Below, one piece after another: positions 35,935-38,587 of a stretch of DNA of 38,587 bases. Location: IMG/VR virus record IMGVR_UViG_3300046092_000083, positions 1-38,587 of that record; one strand, 5' to 3'. The DNA is from a virus. Lineage: Duplodnaviria > Caudoviricetes. The translations under genes and the position numbers were made by a program. The notes under the pieces were generated by a model that saw nothing but the letters and a program-made list of their open reading frames with translations, had not been told where the DNA came from and did not search any database. Numbering within the stretch: the stretch's first letter is position 1; each line of letters starts with the position of its first letter.

Positions 35935-35940
35935 TAAATA
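35935..35940 (+). promoter_or_regulatory. Late promoter core TAAATA
   Basis: CAATAAATACAGATATGG suggests the next gene starts at ATG 35946 (or 35958) rather than 35919. Confidence 0.5.
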
Positions 35941-35945
35941 CAGAT

Positions 35946-36602
35946 ATGGATAAAAATATGACAGACGTACAACCAGAAAACAATGCCGCTACTGCGGTAG
36001 TTAAGCAGCCCGACGAACAGGGTAACATGACTATCCGCGGTCACATTAAAATTTCGGACCCAGAAACAGGGGAAGTGTTCATCGATAAGCCAAACGCTAT
36101 TCACTATGAAAATATCAGTGAAGCAATGGCCTACAGTTTAGCTGACAAAAGCGGAAACTTCATTAATGTAATGAATTTTGGTAATGGTGGTACAAGCGTT
36201 GACCCAACTGGTGTTATTAACTATTTGCCAACTAACACAAACAGTCAAAACGCTGCGTTGTATAATCAAACGTTTAGTAAAAACGTTGACGATACTAGTA
36301 TCGCTAACCTAGACCCAACTAATAATAAGATGGAAATCCGTCATATTCCTGGACAAGTATTTACAGACATCCTAGTAACATGTTTATTGGACTACGGCGA
36401 GCCCGCAGGTCAAGCAGCGTTTGATAATAGCCAGAACTTAACTGAAGCCTTTGTTTTTGATGAACTAGGTTTGTTTAGCACCGCGGGAAAAATGTTAACA
36501 CACGTGGTTTTCCACCCTGTACAAAAGGCGCTAAACCGCAAAATTCAAATCGACTATACAGTGCGTATTCAAGCCTTAACTAACCTAAGCTCGATTGGAT
36601 AA
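35946..36602 (+). CDS. Virion structural protein (baseplate/tail-fibre attachment region)
   Basis: GHIKISDP...NAIHYEN...FDELGLF...LTHVVFHPVQK...IDYTVRI. Located between the giant wedge gene and the fibre genes; start codon uncertain (35919/35946/35958). Confidence 0.65.
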   Translation: MDKNMTDVQPENNAATAVVKQPDEQGNMTIRGHIKISDPETGEVFIDKPNAIHYENISEAMAYSLADKSGNFINVMNFGNGGTSVDPTGVINYLPTNTNSQNAALYNQTFSKNVDDTSIANLDPTNNKMEIRHIPGQVFTDILVTCLLDYGEPAGQAAFDNSQNLTEAFVFDELGLFSTAGKMLTHVVFHPVQKALNRKIQIDYTVRIQALTNLSSIG

Positions 36603-36608
36603 TAACGT

Positions 36609-38075
36609 ATGTCATACCTAGTTAATAAAACAGACGGCGAGTTACTTGCTACTATCTTAGACGGACAAATCAATGGCTCTGCTAGTAGTATTGTCCTAAT
36701 CGGTAAGCAAGTAACCGGATATGGTGAAATACAAAACGAAAATTTTGTACATATCATGGAAAACTTTGCAAATAGCATTGATCCTGCACATCCATTGGCG
36801 GGACAGTTGTGGTGGAATACTGCCGCTAACACAATGCAAGTATTCGACGGTAGCAACTGGAGACCAGTAACTGGTTTTACGAGTGCGCTTACTGCCCCAT
36901 CAAATGCTTATGTTGGCGACCAGTGGTGGGATACAACAAACGACCAGTATAGAATTTACAATGGCACCGAATGGGCATTAGTTGGTCCGTCATACAGCAA
37001 GCTAGACGGAAAAAGCGGCGCCCTAGTTGAAACTGTTTACGACACTGGTGCAATCAAACACACAATTATTAAAGTATACCACAACGGAAACGTAACTGCG
37101 ATTATCAACCGTGATTCTGAATTCACTCCAAACGTGTCGATTACCGGGTTTACAACAGTTCAGCCAGGTATTAGTTTTACTAGCGAAGTTGATGCAATTA
37201 AGTTTTATGGCACAGCAACAAACGCAGACACATTAGGCAACTTAACTCCAAGCCAGTTTTTGCGTAGCGATGTTGATTCAACTACAACTGGTACACTAAG
37301 CGTTAACGGTCAACTTAATGTTGGACAGAATAACGAGTTTAATGCAACAGTTAACGGACTTGGTCAGGTAATTCTAAAGAATACAGCAAACAACCAAGAC
37401 CTGCAGATTAAAGTAACAGTGGCTAACTCGTTGACTACAGCATTAGTAGTTAGCGGCACCGACGGATTAGTGACAGTTGCTCAAAATCCAGTTGATGCAA
37501 TGGGTGTTGCAACTAAAGATTATGTTGATGCGGTTACTACTACACTAAGAAATGATACTTCTAACGAAATTCAGTCTAACATCAACTTAGTTGCAATTGA
37601 ATTAAACTCAATGCGAGCCAACACACAGGCTGCAAACGTTGCAATTACTAGCTTACGTATCGGTAAAGCAAACATTGCTAACCCAACATTCACAGGCAAC
37701 GTACAGTCGCCTACGCCAACAGCGGGCGATAGTTCTAATAAGGTAGCCACTACTGCGTTTGTTGCAAACGCTATTGATATTTTTGATGCAACACAAATCT
37801 ACAATAACACTACAAACGTAAAAGCCAACGACGGTTCTATTGATCTTGTGGCAGGAGGCTTTACTACAGCAACTATTACTAGTAGCGGTATCACTACAGC
37901 AACACGTCCTCAGAATGATAACAATACGTTTGCAGCCACTACAGCATACGTAGACCGCGGCGACAAGAACTTTGTATTAAACTCGGTTAAGTATCAGCCA
38001 ACGTGCTATGTGTCAGACCAGTTACCAAATAACAGCATCGGCGCTAATGGCGACCTTTGGTTCCAATACCAATAA
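36609..38075 (+). CDS. Tail fibre / baseplate fibre-like protein
   Basis: YGEIQNENFVHIMENFA...PLAGQLWW, GDQWWDT, ATKDYVD, PTFTG...ATTAFV, ATTAYVD, GDLWFQY fibre-type motifs. Confidence 0.75.
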   Translation: MSYLVNKTDGELLATILDGQINGSASSIVLIGKQVTGYGEIQNENFVHIMENFANSIDPAHPLAGQLWWNTAANTMQVFDGSNWRPVTGFTSALTAPSNAYVGDQWWDTTNDQYRIYNGTEWALVGPSYSKLDGKSGALVETVYDTGAIKHTIIKVYHNGNVTAIINRDSEFTPNVSITGFTTVQPGISFTSEVDAIKFYGTATNADTLGNLTPSQFLRSDVDSTTTGTLSVNGQLNVGQNNEFNATVNGLGQVILKNTANNQDLQIKVTVANSLTTALVVSGTDGLVTVAQNPVDAMGVATKDYVDAVTTTLRNDTSNEIQSNINLVAIELNSMRANTQAANVAITSLRIGKANIANPTFTGNVQSPTPTAGDSSNKVATTAFVANAIDIFDATQIYNNTTNVKANDGSIDLVAGGFTTATITSSGITTATRPQNDNNTFAATTAYVDRGDKNFVLNSVKYQPTCYVSDQLPNNSIGANGDLWFQYQ

Positions 38076-38084
38076 GGATAATTA

Positions 38085-38587
38085 ATGGCTAGCGAATTAG
38101 AAACCGTTGTAACCGTTCCTCTTGCGTACTCAGGCGGCAGGTACGTCCTAACTATGCCAGAATTTGGGTTCACTGGTAAGATTGGGTTCAACCTGTGGGG
38201 CGCTGGCGGTGGCTGCGGGGGAAATGATTCTCATCACGGTGGCAATGGCGCAGGCGGCGGATATGTCGAGTGTATTATTAACCGTGTTAAGCCTGGCGCA
38301 ATAATTGAAGTATTTGTTGGGCAAGGCGGCGGTGCAGGTGGATCAAGCTCAGGCGGAGGTGGCGGCTATAATGGAAAAAGCGGCGCTGGCTTTAGTGGCG
38401 GCGCTGGCGGCAACGCAGGCCCAGCGGGTTGGTCGGGCGGAGGTGGCGGAGGTGGCGGAGCCACTGTAGTTACTATCAATGGTCGCCCAGTTGCTGTTGC
38501 TGGAGGCGGCGGCGGCGGCGGCGGTGGTGGAAATCACGGATTCGGCGTCGACGCAGGGATTTCCTTTAATCACACTTATAAAGATAG
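38085..38587 (+). CDS. Glycine-rich tail fibre-like protein, runs off the right edge (MASELETVVTVPLAYSGG...LWGAGGG...GAGGGY...VFVGQGG...VAVAGGGGGGGG)
   Basis: Read manually: AAGGA SD, ATG 38085, frame open to the window end, with polyglycine-rich domain motifs. Confidence 0.75.
   Translation, partial: MASELETVVTVPLAYSGGRYVLTMPEFGFTGKIGFNLWGAGGGCGGNDSHHGGNGAGGGYVECIINRVKPGAIIEVFVGQGGGAGGSSSGGGGGYNGKSGAGFSGGAGGNAGPAGWSGGGGGGGGATVVTINGRPVAVAGGGGGGGGGGNHGFGVDAGISFNHTYKD

Noticed and set aside
38200-38540. GGC/GGT-rich repeats as a DNA repeat element or G-quadruplex
   Set aside because: Fully explained by polyglycine coding in a fibre-like protein.
1-38587. Genome-wide stop codon reassignment as the explanation for the internal TAA TAA
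   Set aside because: Long genes are intact under the standard code and most end in TAA, so there is no sign of systematic recoding.
1-38587. CRISPR array, tRNA genes, IS elements or integrase
   Set aside because: No regularly spaced repeats, cloverleaf motifs or transposase/integrase ORFs were seen, and intergenic gaps are too short except 5970-6500.

Overview
This window is a densely coding fragment of a large, distantly T4-related myovirus genome in the standard genetic code. The left part (minus strand) holds a tape-measure-like gene, the portal (gp20) and two small head-assembly genes. A divergent gp26/gp51-like chaperone pair follows. A minus-strand block then carries the late sigma factor gp55, the gp47/gp46 Mre11-Rad50 nuclease, two radical SAM enzymes and a minimal GIY-YIG nuclease, followed by about 530 bp of noncoding, highly structured sequence. 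The right part is a long plus-strand baseplate/tail operon: gp48/54-like, gp53-like, hub, a gp5-like spike with three apparent muralytic domains, gp25, gp6, a 3992-aa wedge protein and fibre-like genes. T4-type late promoter cores (TATAAATA/TAAATA) precede many structural genes. The most notable observations are: (1) a candidate large, pseudoknotted ncRNA directly 3' of the catalytic-domain-only GIY-YIG gene; (2) a likely programmed -1 frameshift joining the gp26-like and gp51-like ORFs; (3) two consecutive in-frame TAA codons splitting the gp26-like gene; (4) a perfect 12-bp inverted repeat whose arms each carry a late promoter for one gene and the ribosome-binding site for the other. All protein calls come from motif recognition and synteny, with no database searches.
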